A stretch of 64,000 nt of DNA from the human T2T-CHM13v2.0 reference genome, Homo sapiens, in the NCBI RefSeq assembly GCF_009914755.1, contig NC_060937.1; one strand, 5' to 3'. Below the pieces are notes generated by a model, which was not told the DNA's origin, did no database searches, and was given only the letters and a program-made list of their open reading frames with translations. This document shows, piece by piece, positions 29,111 to 42,079 of the stretch (positions within the stretch are counted from its first letter, which is position 1; each line of letters starts with the position of its first letter). A program made the position numbers and the translations under genes.

Positions 29111-31469
29111 CTGTCATTAAGGAAACTAAAGAGAAAGGGGAAAAGTTCGAAGAGAAATTTATATACACTTTTTATTTCTTCTCATATGAAGACAAAGAAA
29201 TTAACTGACTGTTGCCCATTGTTCTCCAGCAATGAAGGTAACCTAGAAAGGAGTTAGTCTTGATCTTGGTTTGTGTATTCCTCAGAGAGAAGTTTCATAT
29301 TCTGTAATGGGGGAGAAAAACATAGTATCTACAAAGTATTGTTTAACATTAAATTGTTTAAAAATCATGCCAAATTAATTTTCTGTTACAATTTTCTTAA
29401 GCAGTTTTTCTCTCAGTATCCCATATAAATTAAAAGAAGTCTAAACACTTCTGTTCTATTAGGGGTTGCTCCTTGTACTTTTCAACTTTAAGCTTGCAAC
29501 TTTTCCGCCTCCCTTAAAACAACTCACAGTTAGATATGCTACATAGGGTTACAGTTTCCTCTGCTCATCTTCAGTGGATGCTGTCATTGGCATCCTGTGT
29601 TTCAGCCAATTCTAATGTATTTTTGCATAGAAATATTATTTCTTCTTTTAGAACTATTATTATTTACTGCCTTTATACTGTGGTTATTGTAGCACGGCCT
29701 TGATACGGAGGAGGAGAGATTGATTTTCAGTAGTGCTTGTCTGCCATCTTGTCATGGAGCTGCTCAGAGCATTGGGTTTTCTTCAGAAAGTCCTCACCTA
29801 GGTGAGCAGGACAGGCAGTTGAGGAAGCAGACCCCTAGCTTCTCTTTTCTAAAATAAATTATGCTAAAATAATTTTATTAGTTTTAAATATCTGCTTTTC
29901 CATCACATCTCCTGTATTTAATAAGGTTGTATTGTAGATTTATTTTTTGAATCAGTTCATTTAAAAATGATCTTTTCATCCCAATATCTTCATTTTTCAG
30001 AACAAAAAACTAAATTTGAGAGAAGCATATTAACATTTATGCTGTTATAAAATTATCCAAATGGCAGAATCTAAACTAGAAACAATGTGAACAAAATAGA
30101 TGTCCAAAATATTTAAAGTTGGTAGTTAATTTTAATCATAGCATTTTTAAGTGGAAATTAATAAGTGTTGGTACAATTATCTGCCAATATGGTATGATCC
30201 CCCACAAAACTTCAACAAACTTGGTTCATTATGAGTTTATTTCTAGTTTAAAAAAATTACTCTTTACATTTTATTAACATTGCAATTCTCTGTGTTCTTT
30301 ATTTTTTCCCTTACATGTATAAAAATATTGTTAAATGGTTACTAGAAATAAGACTACAAGGCTGGCTGGTGGAATTATGCTATGCAGTCACATGGAGATG
30401 CTTCAAGAAATGTGGTTACACTGGCCATGAAACAGTCATAAAACATTCAGATGCCTGCAAATACCAGGGATACAGAAACATGCCCAGCCACATACTTTCA
30501 TTAGAATTGGACTCAGGAGTTCTGCATGGGAGAATTTTAACTTGACCAATAATTGGGCTTTGGACCTGTACCCAGCTGATGGGTGAGGTTATTAGCAAAA
30601 GGCTGTACAATGTTTTTCTTGCAAGAAACCCACTTTGGAAGAGGATAAAGGTTGGCAGGAAGTGAAGGCTGAAAAGCAAGACCTGGACTGTGGATAGAAC
30701 CATTTTCTCAGTACAAAGTGAGGTGCTCCCTGGCCATCCTCTGAACAAGCCGACAATAGCTTTCCCTAGTAGTAGTTACAAAGAGGCCAAGGGCACAAAC
30801 CATGTGAATGTAATTCATTAACATTAGAGTGAACTTCATGGAGAAAAAAGAGACTGGAATAGATTCTACCACTTTAGGTATGTCAGAGTGCTCTACAGAG
30901 AATCATCAAGGCATGAGTTTAGAAGGGTCATTCAGGAAACAGGTAGACATCTTGCCAGATAAGTATGTACCTATACCATTGAGATTTAAAGGTTTACAAT
31001 GAATAAAACTATTTTTTTTGGTAATGAATGGTAACAAAAAGTCCAGTTATGTAAGCTAAAGATATGTCCTGTTTTCTTTATTTAAAGAATTGAATAAAAA
31101 TTTCTTTTAAAAGGAACCTCTATTAAGTATTACCAATTTAATGATACTAATAATGTAAGCCAATGCTTATAAATATCTCTATGCCAATTCTTTTCATTAG
31201 TAAATATAATAATATTTTATATTTCCTTAAAAGGATGGGTTTCAATTTCAAGAAAAAATTAAATTAATTATCATACTCCCTTGTTGATAAGAGGTAGGCT
31301 AAGAAAACATATTTTTTGAAAGTATATCATATTTTATAGTCTGATTTATTATAGAAAAGATGCTTTAACAAAAGCAAAGTGTTATATCACAACTTTTTAT
31401 GATTCTGGGAAACATTTATTTCTTAAATTATCATACTGTATACAAGCCTCCTGTATTTTTGATCATTTA

Positions 31470-31990
31470 ATTTTTTATTTCAACATTTATTTAACAAATA
31501 TTTATTGAGTTTCTAGTACATGATTTCATTCCAGTAACTGGAGTGCAGACAGAAGGAAGATAAGCAAACAAGAAACCTCATAGAATCTGCAGAACTTTAG
31601 AGAAATAACAAACAAATGGACAAGTACATTAAAATATTAAAGGTTGTGCTAACTGTTACGAAGATTTTTCTAAGTGGTTTGTGTTAGGAAAAAACGGGAG
31701 AGATATTTTGATGCAATAGTCAAAGAAGGTGTATCTCTGAGGAAGATATTTAAGTTGAGGCCCACGTGAAGACGAGGAGCTATGGGAAGATCCTGATAGA
31801 GTCTGGATAAAGAGAAGAGCAAATACACCTGCTCTGAGGTGGGAAAGAGCTCTGTGTGCTTGGGTGATGCACTGCGTGAAGAAGCAATGGCAAGAAATGT
31901 GTCTGAAGAGCTATGCAAGTTCCTTATCTACCTTGGGGTAGAATTTGATTTTCCCCCACCCCACCAAATGCAATAAACTGTAGTAAACAA
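31470..31990 (-). mobile_element. L2 3' region
   Basis: tttatttaacaaatatttattgag...ctctgaggaagatatttaagttgaggccc...ctctgaggtgggaaagagc. Confidence 0.75.
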
Positions 31991-32559
31991 AAGATTTCTA
32001 ACCAAAGAACCAATTTGATTTGACTTCCATTACAGTACAGGAAGTGTGTGTTCTCTATCCATTATTTTTTTCTTCCCTGGTAATGGAGCTCTTGTTTTTT
32101 GAGTGGCCACTAAGATTCTATTTTTCAGCTTTCTTAAACCGATACACGGCCATTGAATGAGACCTTGCCAATGAGCTAGGTTGTGTTCTGAAAACAAAAG
32201 TAGTCCTCTTCTCTCCATTTCCTCTTTACCTTTGTTTGCATCGTAGACATATTGGTGAATCATAATAGAGCATATTGATGAAAGCATGCTAGGGATGGAA
32301 GATCCATAGATATATAGAATCCTTCTACATACCTGGATGCTGGAAACCATATCTTGTTAGCTATCTTATGTCTAGACTATCACACGAAAAAAAAAATGTT
32401 ACTTACACCCTTCTCATTTGCGTCTCTATAAACATAAGTTGTATGTAAACATTAATTAAAAGGGAAGTCCTTTACTGATACAATGAGAAGAAAAGAACGT
32501 AGCAAGAACAGAGTTAAGGAAAAGAAAGATGGTATTTTAGTTTTCTAAACATGACATAT

Positions 32560-32830
32560 TGTTGGCTTAGGCTTGGCTTTCGGAGAGTGGGAGAAGAGAA
32601 AAAGATGATTTGTTATATACATTTATATTGAAAGTATAACAATGGCCTTGGTTAAGAATCGGTTGGTGGGATATGGAGGGAAGAGAGAAATCTTGGATGC
32701 CTCTAGTTTTCTGACATGAGCAAAGAAGTGGATGATGATGACTTTTCATCAAGATTAAAAAAACTAGGGAAGTAGGGCTGTGAGTGATGGCAATGGGGAA
32801 GGCATAATGGCTGCATGGTGTAGATGTCAA
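32560..32830 (-). mobile_element. L2 fragment (continuation)
   Basis: gagggaagagagaaatcttggatgcctctagttttctgacatgagcaa...gtggatgatgatg. Confidence 0.6.
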
Positions 32831-32974
32831 CGATTTAGAGAGTTTCATATAAGAAAAAATAATTTTGAGAGTCAGTGTGGATGAGAAAATACAGTTTTCT
32901 TGCTGGGTTGAGATACAAGGGATCTAAATAGTAAGTTAGATCCTATTTTAAATACATTCCTGTAATTTAATGTA

Positions 32975-33052
32975 TAAACCAGTACAGGATTATGTCAAAA
33001 CAAGTGTAAAATTTGACTAGTCCAGATAAATTGGGATAGATAATCACTCTAG
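32975..33052 (-). mobile_element. hAT-Blackjack (MER94/MER81-like) terminal fragment
   Basis: Reverse complement tagagtgattatatctcccaatttatctggactagtc resembles the tagggtgaccatatgtcccggtttgcccgggacagtc terminus. Confidence 0.35.
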
Positions 33053-34041
33053 GTAACAAGGGATAGAAACAGCTTTGACTTAAGTGGATTGTAGTGAAAA
33101 CACTATCATCGGGCCTCTGCCAAAGCAACAAATGGAGTTTGGGGAAGTAGAGGGTGTAAGTGACTAACTACTCATAAACACAATATTGCAGAGGGCATGG
33201 AAAACTAATAAAAAATTGTTTCATGAGGCAACTTAATAATCAATCAGTCAACTTAGTGTTATGAAAGAAAAATAAGAAATAGAACAGGCCAAATCTCAAC
33301 AAATCTATGTCAATACATGGAATTTTAGTACAGCATTTCAAAATAATTGAAGTAATGTGTTTATTTATTTTGAGTGCCTATTGACATACCATTCCTCTTC
33401 CTAATCTTTCACCTTTCAATGATTAGTGTTTAAATTTCAAGATTAACTGGTAGTTTAGGTAAAGAGTACAATCAGTTCCTTTCACTCCCCAGAGATGAAA
33501 AAAATAATGTATCACTCTAATTTAAATAAGAGAGTTATTTTACTTTTGTTTACTGTTTTTCTTTATGGAGAGGAAATATGTTTACATTATATAGTGGCTA
33601 GCAGAAAAATCAAAATATCTAGCTCTTTATTCTTGCCCAAATATGCTACTTTCTCCTGAATCAAATTTTTATTTATTTTTTAGTTGTGAGTCATTGGAAG
33701 TAGAGACTTTTTCTTGCAGTACTATCATGTGGGACAATTGCCTCCTCCTTATGGAGTCACGTAGTACGTAATGTGCTCTTTTCACTCAAATATGAGTTTC
33801 TGTGGTGTCTTACTCATATGGAAGGCTCTCAATAAATGTCTGTGGCTTGTCTTTTCCTTTTGATAGTTATAAATAAATTGAATATATCCACATTTTATTT
33901 CAAGTATGCAACTTTTCTTATTTGGGTAAGGATTTGCCTGGCTAATTTGTCAAAATAAACCATGGTTAGTTAATTTGAGTCCATTTCATTTAATATATTT
34001 GAATATCTAGATTATGGATTGATAAATTACTATTCAATGCT

Positions 34042-34228
34042 ATCATAGCAGAATAATACTCCCCACTACTTAAGATGTCCAAATTCTGATTCCAATATAT
34101 ATTACTTTATAGGAGTATTTTATCTTATATGGCTAAAGAGATTTTGGAGATGTGATTAAGAAAAGGGTATTGAGATGGGGTATTGAGCCACCAAGCTTTG
34201 GGTAATTTGTTACGGCAACAATAAGACA
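34042..34228 (+). mobile_element. Internally deleted MLT1 (MLT1D-like) LTR
   Basis: 5' part gcagaataat...aagatgtcc...agattttggagatgtgattaag...ttgagatggg joined directly to the 3' end gccaccaagctttgggtaatttgttacggcaacaata. Confidence 0.65.
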
Positions 34229-34289
34229 TCTTGGTCTTATTAACTATTAGAATTACTGGATGCTTGTGGAGGGCCTACAAAAGAAGAAC

Positions 34290-34550
34290 ATGAACACCAG
34301 GCAGTATTGTCTTGGATCACATCCCGGATCTGCCATTTCCTGGGCTGCCTAATTTTGGCGTGTTGCTTAATATCTCTCTTGGCTTCAACATTTCTCATCT
34401 ATAATATGGGGATAGAGTTTTTATCATAAAAACAATAAAAAATGAAACAAAATAATAGGAATTGATTATGGTTAAATGAGTTTATACATATCAAGCTTTT
34501 AGAATTGGGACTACAACAGAGCAAGAGATTACTAAACTAGTAATTAGTAT
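34290..34550 (+). mobile_element. MIR SINE
   Basis: atcccggatctgccattt...gcttaatatctct...tttctcatctataatggggata...ggttaaatgagtttatacatat. Confidence 0.7.
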
Positions 34551-34584
34551 CAACAAATATACAAACAGCCCAAATATTTATTTT

Positions 34585-34790
34585 TTCCATCATCTCAAGC
34601 ATTCACCCTTTGTGTTACAAGCAATCCAATTATACTTTTTAAGCTATTTTTAAATGTACAATTAAATTATTAGTGAGTATAGTCACCCTGTCATACTATC
34701 GAATACAATATCATATTCATTCTTTCAAATTTTTGTAACCATTAGCCATCATCTCCCCCGCCCCCACTACACTTCCCAGCGTCCGGTAAT
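34585..34790 (-). mobile_element. L1MA-type 3'UTR fragment
   Basis: tccatcatctcaagcattcaccctttgtgttacaagcaatccaattatac...cttcccagcgtccggtaa. Confidence 0.8.
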
Positions 34791-34883
34791 TATGTCAATT
34801 GCATACCACAAATACAGTATTAAAGTCTTCTTAGTTTTCTGGGTTTGTCCATAAACTTAACTTTGCCACCGAATTTTATACCT

Positions 34884-34914
<31 letters not shown>

Positions 34915-35069
34915 TTGCATGTTAGTGTTTTTTTCTTTCAGGTTGAAGATATTTAGCATTTCTAATAAGATGGATCTGGTGTTTGTGAATCCTCTCTAGG
35001 AAAGAATTTTATCTCTCCTTCACATTCAAAAGATAACTTTGCTGGCTACAGTATTCTTGGATGACAGGT

Positions 35070-35134
35070 TTTATATATATACATATACATATATATATAT
35101 ATACACATATACATATATATATATATACATATAC

Positions 35135-35191
<57 letters not shown>

Positions 35192-35196
35192 TTTTT
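35070..35196. repeat. Compound (TA)n/(CATATA)n plus poly(T) microsatellite
   Basis: Directly visible. Confidence 0.95.
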
Positions 35197-36014
35197 CCTT
35201 TCAGCACTTTGAACGTCCCATTTTATTCCCTCCAGGACTGTCCATTGAGAAGTCTGCTGATAGACAAGTTGGAGTTCCTTTATGTTTTTGCTTCTTTTTT
35301 CTTACTGCTTTTAGAATTCTCTTTGTCCTTGACCTTCAAGAATTTGATTAGTATATGTCTTGGTGTAGTCTTATTTGGATCAAAACTGTTTGGTGTTCTC
35401 TGACCTTCCTATATTTAATGTTCCTAAGGTTTGGGAAATGTTTTTGTTACTGTTTCTTTGGAGAAGCTTCCTACTCCTTGCTCTTGCTCAATGCCCTCTT
35501 GAACACCAATAATTCTTAGATTTAGTCTCTTGAGGTAGTTTTCTATATCTTGTAGGCAATTTTCTTTGCTTTTGGTTCATTTTTTTTCTCTTCTGACTGT
35601 GTATTTTCAAACAGCCTGTCTTCAAGCTCACTGATTCTTTCCTTTGCTTGAGAGATTTTTTTGAGACCCTTTAATAATATTTTCAGTTCAGCAAATCTGT
35701 TTCTCAGTTCTAAGATTTCTTTTTTCTTAAAATTATTATTTTAATCTCTCTGGCAAATTTCTCTAATAAATTTAGAATTCTTGGTCAGAGAGCTTCTGTG
35801 TTTGCTGTTGTTTCTTGTGGATATATGTCTATGTCTTTGCATTCAAAATTTAGTGATTTATTCTAGTCCTCTCTGCCTGGCTTCTTTTGATTTGTACTGG
35901 ATATATGTGCTTAGAGGTTATTTATGGCTAGGTCACTGCCACCTTTTTGCTCCAGATAGCACCTTCAACCTAGGTTCACTTTGGATCCAGTAAAGGATTA
36001 AAGCATTGTCCTTC

Positions 36015-36456
36015 TGTATTAGCCTACTCTCTCATTGCTATAGATATTAGATTGGTGCAAACGTAATTGTGGTTCCTGCCATTGAAAGTATTGGCAAAAA
36101 GTAAGTACCTGAGACCAGGTAATTTATAAAGGAAAGAGGTTTAATTGTCTCATGGTTCCACAGGATGCACAGGAAGCATGGCTGAGGAGGCCTGGGGAAA
36201 CTTACAATTACGGCCAAAGACGAAGGGGAAGTGGCCACGTCTTACATGCATAGAGCAGGAGCAAGAGAGTGAAGGGGGAGGTGCTACACACTTTTAAAAA
36301 TCCAGATCTTGTGAGAAGTCACTATCACTAGGACAGCAAAAGAGAAATCCGCCCCCATGATCCAATCACCTCCCACTTGGCCCTTCCTCCATCTAACATG
36401 GGGAATTACAATTAGCTCTGAAATTTGGTCAGAGACACGAAATCAAAACCATATCA
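36015..36456 (-). mobile_element. THE1D-like solo LTR (ERVL-MaLR)
   Basis: tgtattag...gaagcatggctgaggaggcc...aaatccgcccccatgatccaatcacctccc...aaaccatatca; perfect 5-bp TSD ccttc 36010-36014 / 36457-36461. Confidence 0.9.
36047..36100. mobile_element. MADE1 (Hsmar1-derived MITE), second TIR truncated
   Basis: ttagattggtgcaaacgtaattgtggttcctgccattgaaagtattggcaaaaa, preceded by TA. Confidence 0.88.
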
Positions 36457-37669
36457 CCTTCCCAAATGGAGGACATTCCTACAGGGATATCTTAGTAGTG
36501 TGGAAAGGCTAGCTCAGGGTTCATGCCCAGGGGACTTGTGGGACAAACATCCTTCTGTGTGGTACCGCAGATGGTCACTCTGATTTTGTGTTTTCTTTGA
36601 TTGAGTTACAGTACAGCGCTTCCGGTCCTGAGGATGGTTGTCCCACCTTCCCTCTTTTTCTCTGCCTATCCTAAGGGTTATTTCTTCTTTGGGGAACGTG
36701 TAATGCTTTCCGTGATTTAAAACAGAGACATGTCTCCTGCCTCAGATTTCAAGATGATGGGGATGCTGGTTGTCCACCTCAACCTCGCTTTTTCCAGTTT
36801 TAGAACCAGTGAGTTAGAGAACAATTTTCTGCGTTCTTTGTGCAGGGCAGAATGGGGGAGGGGCATCACAGATGTGGAAGTTCAATTGTCTTACCAGCTG
36901 CTGGGAGTTTTTCACTTCTATGTGGCTCGGGGAGTCGTCTTATCTTCATATTTGAGTTCTAGGATATTTCTGGTGATAATCTCAGTGCTGTGTGTTTGCT
37001 TTTGATTTTCTTTGTCGGTGGAGGAGGGAAGCCTGCCTCTATTGACATTTTAGAACTAGAAGTTTCCCCAGTTATCTTTTAAAGTTAGATGATAAGACTA
37101 ATAGGAAAAAAAAAAATACTGAAAAAGTAGATTTACAGAGATGGTTGCTTCTTATTTTTTTCATTATATATTTGCTACCTATCAAAGTCACTAGAGTATT
37201 AAATCAATATGGAAACAAAGACAGTATTTTCTGTACTCTTAAAAATTAGATACAATTTAATACTTTACTTTCATTTATGACAGAGAATGTCCATCTAGGA
37301 GTATTTCACAACATCTAATTAATTTTGGGAGGAAAATAGAATCTGTAATTCTAAAGAAAATACATATATCAATTTTAAGAAATGCTCACAGGGAATACAT
37401 TTTACAAAGAAAAATAAAACCTGAATGCTTCAGTTATTATTTAATTTTAACAAATAAGCCAATAATGCCTTTGCCAACAAATCCAAGAATTTCAGATGGT
37501 TTATTTTATTTTAAGTTAAAAAAGAGTTAAAATTCATAAAAGATTTTTAAGAACTAACAATAACCTGGGTAAGACTACAGGTCTAGAGACAACTTAGAAT
37601 TTTCAAAGGAGCAATTGCTATCAGCTGATTCCTACTAGGATCTTTCTAACAGTAATATTTAAATAGAAA

Positions 37670-37760
37670 GAACAAGGAGGAGGAGGAGGAGAAGTAAGGG
37701 TGGGAGAGAGGTGGGAGAGATGAGAAAAGAAGAAGGAGGAGAAGGAGGTAGAAGAAAAGA
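37670..37760. repeat. GA-rich low-complexity tract
   Basis: Directly visible (GAG/GAA)-rich purine run. Confidence 0.8.
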
Positions 37761-37899
37761 TTTTAAAAAGGCTTTGGCTAATGAATAGTATTTTATATTA
37801 TTTATCTCCCTTCCTGCAGCCAGGTGCTTACAATGGGTATTAGTTATTTGTACACATGAGACTTCTTGTGTTATAATCTCTATGAATGTTTCACAGTTT

Positions 37900-38520
37900 T
37901 CTTTTTATACTTTAAAATACTTAATTGACAAGTAAAGATTGTGCATATTCAAGGTGTACAATGTGACAATTTTATATGTGTATACATTGTATAATGATTA
38001 TCACAATCAATTTAATTAACACATTTATCACTACCCGTGCTATACATTAGATCTCCAGAACTTGTTCATCTTATAATTAAATTTGTAACCTTTTATCAGC
38101 ATCTCCTCATCTCTTCAAACCACCAGCCCCCAGAAATCACCATTCTATTTTCTACTGCTATGACTTCAACTTCTTTAGATTCCACATACAAGTAACATTA
38201 TACGGTATTTGTCTCTTTGGATTTAGTTTGTTTCATGTAGCATAATGTTATCCAGGTTTATCCATATTGTTGCAAATGGCAAACGTTCCTTCTTGCTTGG
38301 CTTAATAATATTTCATTCCATTCACATTTTCTTTATCTATTCATCTGTTGATGGACACTTATTGTTTCCACATCTTGATTACTGTGAATAATGCTGCAAT
38401 GAAAAGAGGGTTGGAAATAACTCTTAGAAGTACGGATTTCACTTTCTCTAGATATATAGCCAGAAGTGGGATTGCTGAATCATATGGTATTTCTATTTTT
38501 AATATTTTGAGGAACATATG
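37900..38520 (-). mobile_element. L1MA8/9-like 3'UTR and ORF2 end
   Basis: ttaattgacaagtaaagattgtgcatattcaaggtgtacaatgtga...tagattccacatacaagt...ccagaagtgggattgctgaatcatatggta. Confidence 0.88.
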
Positions 38521-39710
38521 TTTCATTTATTTTTAAGTTCAAAAGTGAGATTTCTAATAGTTTAACTTTGTCTATACTTTTTAAACAAAATCTGATTAAA
38601 CTTTTCTGATGTTTGTCCACATAGAATTTGCATAGAACCTGTAAAGGTTGGCATTTATACTTATGTTGACTGGCATATTGGTAAAATCGAGACTACCCAA
38701 CGTGAAGTTGAATATAGAATCAAATGCATGAATAATGGATCAATTGTTTTGTTGCCCTAAAACAAAATGGCATGGAAAAGAGTGGCATGTTATGTAAATG
38801 CCACATTTAGTATCATTTCTTTTTTGGCAAATGCATGAATTTAAATATACTAAGCATGCATTAGAATATTTCCAAAATTATTTTCTGTACAAAGTAAAAT
38901 ATATTGTTTTGTTTCTATAATGCCACATGGATAATAAAAACTTTAGTAAGCAGTTTTTTAAATGCTAAAATGCTATTGGAGAACACATTTTAGTGTATTA
39001 TTAATTTTCCTAAAATGTAAACTTATATGATGTTAAAACAATTGTTGTGACACATTTCTTGTACATTTTTATGAACTCTAAATCTTGTAAGATAAACACT
39101 TGACACTTAATAAAGATGTGCTATTCTATTCCTGTAAAAATACAAGAATAATAATATATTTCACATTGATGCACAGCTCAAAGACACATCACTTACTGAC
39201 AGGGATAAGGCCACCTATCATAAAATTGTATTTGATCTCTGAAAATTGATATGCAACCAAGAAGGAAGTGAAATCATTTAATATTTTGTACGTATGATAG
39301 AGATATTGACCTTTTCTTCTGGGATATATGTAATCTATGTAATATATATGTAATATATGTAATGGGATATATGTAATATACATATATCTGTAAAAATCAA
39401 GTTACTGTCTAATTTTTCAAGCTATATGTACTGTTTAAAAATATAGCCTCTATCATTATCATTATCATTACGATATTGTTTTTGATAATCTTGCCAAAAT
39501 AAGTGGATTTTAATTTTCACTTCTGAAATTGGAGATTTTAAGTAAACTTCATTAATGCAAAGCAACTTTAATTTGAAGACTAATTCTCAAAAAAAAAAAA
39601 AAAAAAAAAACTAGTTCTGAAAAAAAAATGGACCTTCAGTTAGGGACCAAAGATAAATTTAGTAATTTTATAGTTTAAATCATTCAAAGAAAAATATTCA
39701 TAATATAATA

Positions 39711-40353
39711 AGTTCCCATTCTGGTCCATCAACCGGGCCCCCAGGCATCAGGCCATCCCTGGCTTGAAGGTAGGGCTTCTCCAGGAACCTGTCCCTTTTC
39801 GCCCAGGAACATGTATGCCTCCTGCCTGGCCCAGGATGTTTGTGCTGAGGGGCGCCTGCAGGCCAGTGCCAAGCTGCCCTCAGCTCCCAACCCATTGCCC
39901 TCCCTTTGGTGCTCCTCAGTTGCCCAAAGTCCAGAGAATGCCAAGGCAGTAGGGGGCTGGCGTGTAACCACTGCCCTGAGCATGCGCACATCTGGCTGGG
40001 TTGCAGTAGCTCCCAGTCTCGGCCTCAAATTTGCTCCAAGATCAGAGCAGACACTGGGGAGCTGGAAGAGGCCAGGCAGTGAGAACAGGCACTTCCACAC
40101 CTGTGGGTGCAGGGGACTTCCCAAGCCTCAGAGAGCACAGAGATGACCGGGTCCAGATCCGCGGCAGTCTCGGTGGCTGCAGCTGCGCCCAGGTAGCACA
40201 AGGCTCCCACACAGTAAATTCGGAGGTGGACAGGGCTTCCACCTGTTCCAAGCTCCTTCCCACTCAATGGAGCGCACAGCCCCCAGCTGCACCTCCCCAT
40301 TGCAGCCGGCATCATGGCAGCCTGCTGCTCCAGGTGGACAGTGGCTGCCATCA
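39711..40353 (-). mobile_element. MER52-type ERV1 LTR, 5' ~640 bp only
   Basis: Reverse complement begins tgatggcagccactgtccacctggagcagcaggctgccatgatgccggctgca..., the MER52 5' end; GC-rich block in AT-rich flanks. Confidence 0.85.
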
Positions 40354-41379
40354 ATATGAGTAATGAAATATATAGCTAAAAATCAGAATATATAGTACCC
40401 TCAAACTGAGTGTACAGTACAATAATTTTTAATAGTAATGTTTTCTAATAATATATATTTTTAAATTATATTTCGTTATATCTGTTTGCATATATCTAGA
40501 TATTACAAATAACATCTAGGATATAGAAATTGGATATTTATAATTATTTTGGTTGTGATTTTTTAAAAAGTTTTGTTATGTCTTTTCTGTAGTTATCAAG
40601 AATTATACTTAAAATTATAAACTAGCATACCAATACAAATTATAAATGAGCCTATTTTAGGGTTATAAAGTGTTATGTTTGACTTTTAATCATTTTTCAG
40701 AACCTATACTTTAAATTTTCTTTTATTTTTCCATCTCCTTAATATCCGTATCAAATAGGGATAAAATAATTGAGCTGGGAATTAAAAATCCCCAATTAGT
40801 ATCTTAAATCAGCTATATTTTGTATGGCATTAAATGCCTCCTAGATTTATAGAGACTGAACTTAAAGCTAACGGTATGACTTTCCAAAATCTTAGTGCTT
40901 GTGCAATTGTTTACAATTTTCAAAGCAATATTTTTAAAGATAAATAAGATTAATATATTGTGAAAAAGTATTTTTAATAAAAATATAAAGAAGAAAAAAT
41001 CAGCCGTGAGCTCACTCTTTATAAATAACTACCGGTAATAATCGCTTGAACTTCTTCCTTTTCTAATATGAATATATTCTTTAAAAAATAAGGTGGGATC
41101 CTGAGGGCAGGAATCAGATACATGATATATTCTCAGCAAACTTTGTTGAATTAATAAAACTTTTGCATATTCCTTAGTTTCCTCAAATTACATTCTAAAG
41201 GATTTTTCCATATATTCAAATATTCTTCACAACCATTATTTTTGAGGGAATATTCCATGTTCCTTCAGTTCTACCTAACCAAAAAAAAAAAAATTGTTAA
41301 TTGTTTATTGTGTTCCTGAGTCGATCACCATATTTCAGATGCAGATTGCAGACATCCCAATGTAAAATGTGCAATGCAA

Positions 41380-41600
41380 GAGAATGAATTGATTGGTTCA
41401 TATATGTGAAAAACCTAGTGCCGTATCATACTAGGTTACAATGTTGTCAGGTCTCCAGCTCTATTTCCATGTGTTTCTCCCATTTCTACCCTTGTCTATA
41501 TGTAACTGTCATCCTCAGGCTGATCTTATAACAGCAAAAGTGCAGAAGCATCACCACCACATAACTTCAGCTGCCCGAGCAAGAGAGAATTTCTCCAGTT
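41380..41600 (-). mobile_element. Old MLT1 (K/L-like) LTR fragment
   Basis: gaattgattggttcatatatgtgaaaaacctag...caatgttgtcagg...tcatcctcaggctg. Confidence 0.4.
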
Positions 41601-41604
41601 ATTA

Positions 41605-41932
41605 ACAGTTAGAAGGGTGGTTACCAAGGGCTGGGTAGTGGAGGGAATGGGGAAATGAAGAAAGGATAAAAAGGATTCAAAATTTCGGTTAGACAAGAGG
41701 AATAAATTCAAGGGATACAGTGTACAACATGGTAACTATAGTTAATAATAATGTATTGTATACTTGGAAACTACTAAAAGAGTAAATTTTAAGTATTCTT
41801 ACTACAAAAAATAAGAATGTGATATAAAACATGTTCTATTTAGCTTGATTTAGCCATCCTACAATGTATACATATTTCAAAACATTATGTTGTATACCAT
41901 AAACATATACTTTTTTTGTCAAATAAAAAATA
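41605..41932 (+). mobile_element. L1MA-type 3'UTR end
   Basis: gtggttaccaagggctggg...ttagacaagaggaataaattcaag...gtacaacatggtaactatagttaataataatgtattgtatacttg...tttgtcaaataaaaaa. Confidence 0.88.
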
Positions 41933-42079
41933 GTAGTACAAGAAATATTAGAAACTCCACTTTGAGTATGAAGAGGTCCTGCCTTTCTGTAGCCTAACTA
42001 TCAGGATTTAGAAAGGAAGCCACTTCCCTAAACAGGAGTTCCCTCTTTATTCCAGGAATTTCTTGCCTAGGAAGATACA

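Larger units (their letters stand above)
34800..37070 (-). mobile_element. Old L1M ORF1 and 5' region, interrupted by a microsatellite and a THE1D LTR
   Basis: ttatctctccttcacattcaaaagataactttgctggctacagtattcttgg...gagaagtctgctgatagac...cctgtcttcaagctcactgattcttt is antisense L1 ORF1; extent beyond ~35900 is less certain. Confidence 0.75.

Noticed and set aside
32919-32945. ggatctaa...ttagatcc 8-bp hairpin
   Set aside because: Too short to be distinguished from chance in 64 kb
39698-40363. Seven overlapping ORFs / apparent CpG island
   Set aside because: Explained by the GC-rich MER52 LTR (few stop codons); many CpGs already decayed
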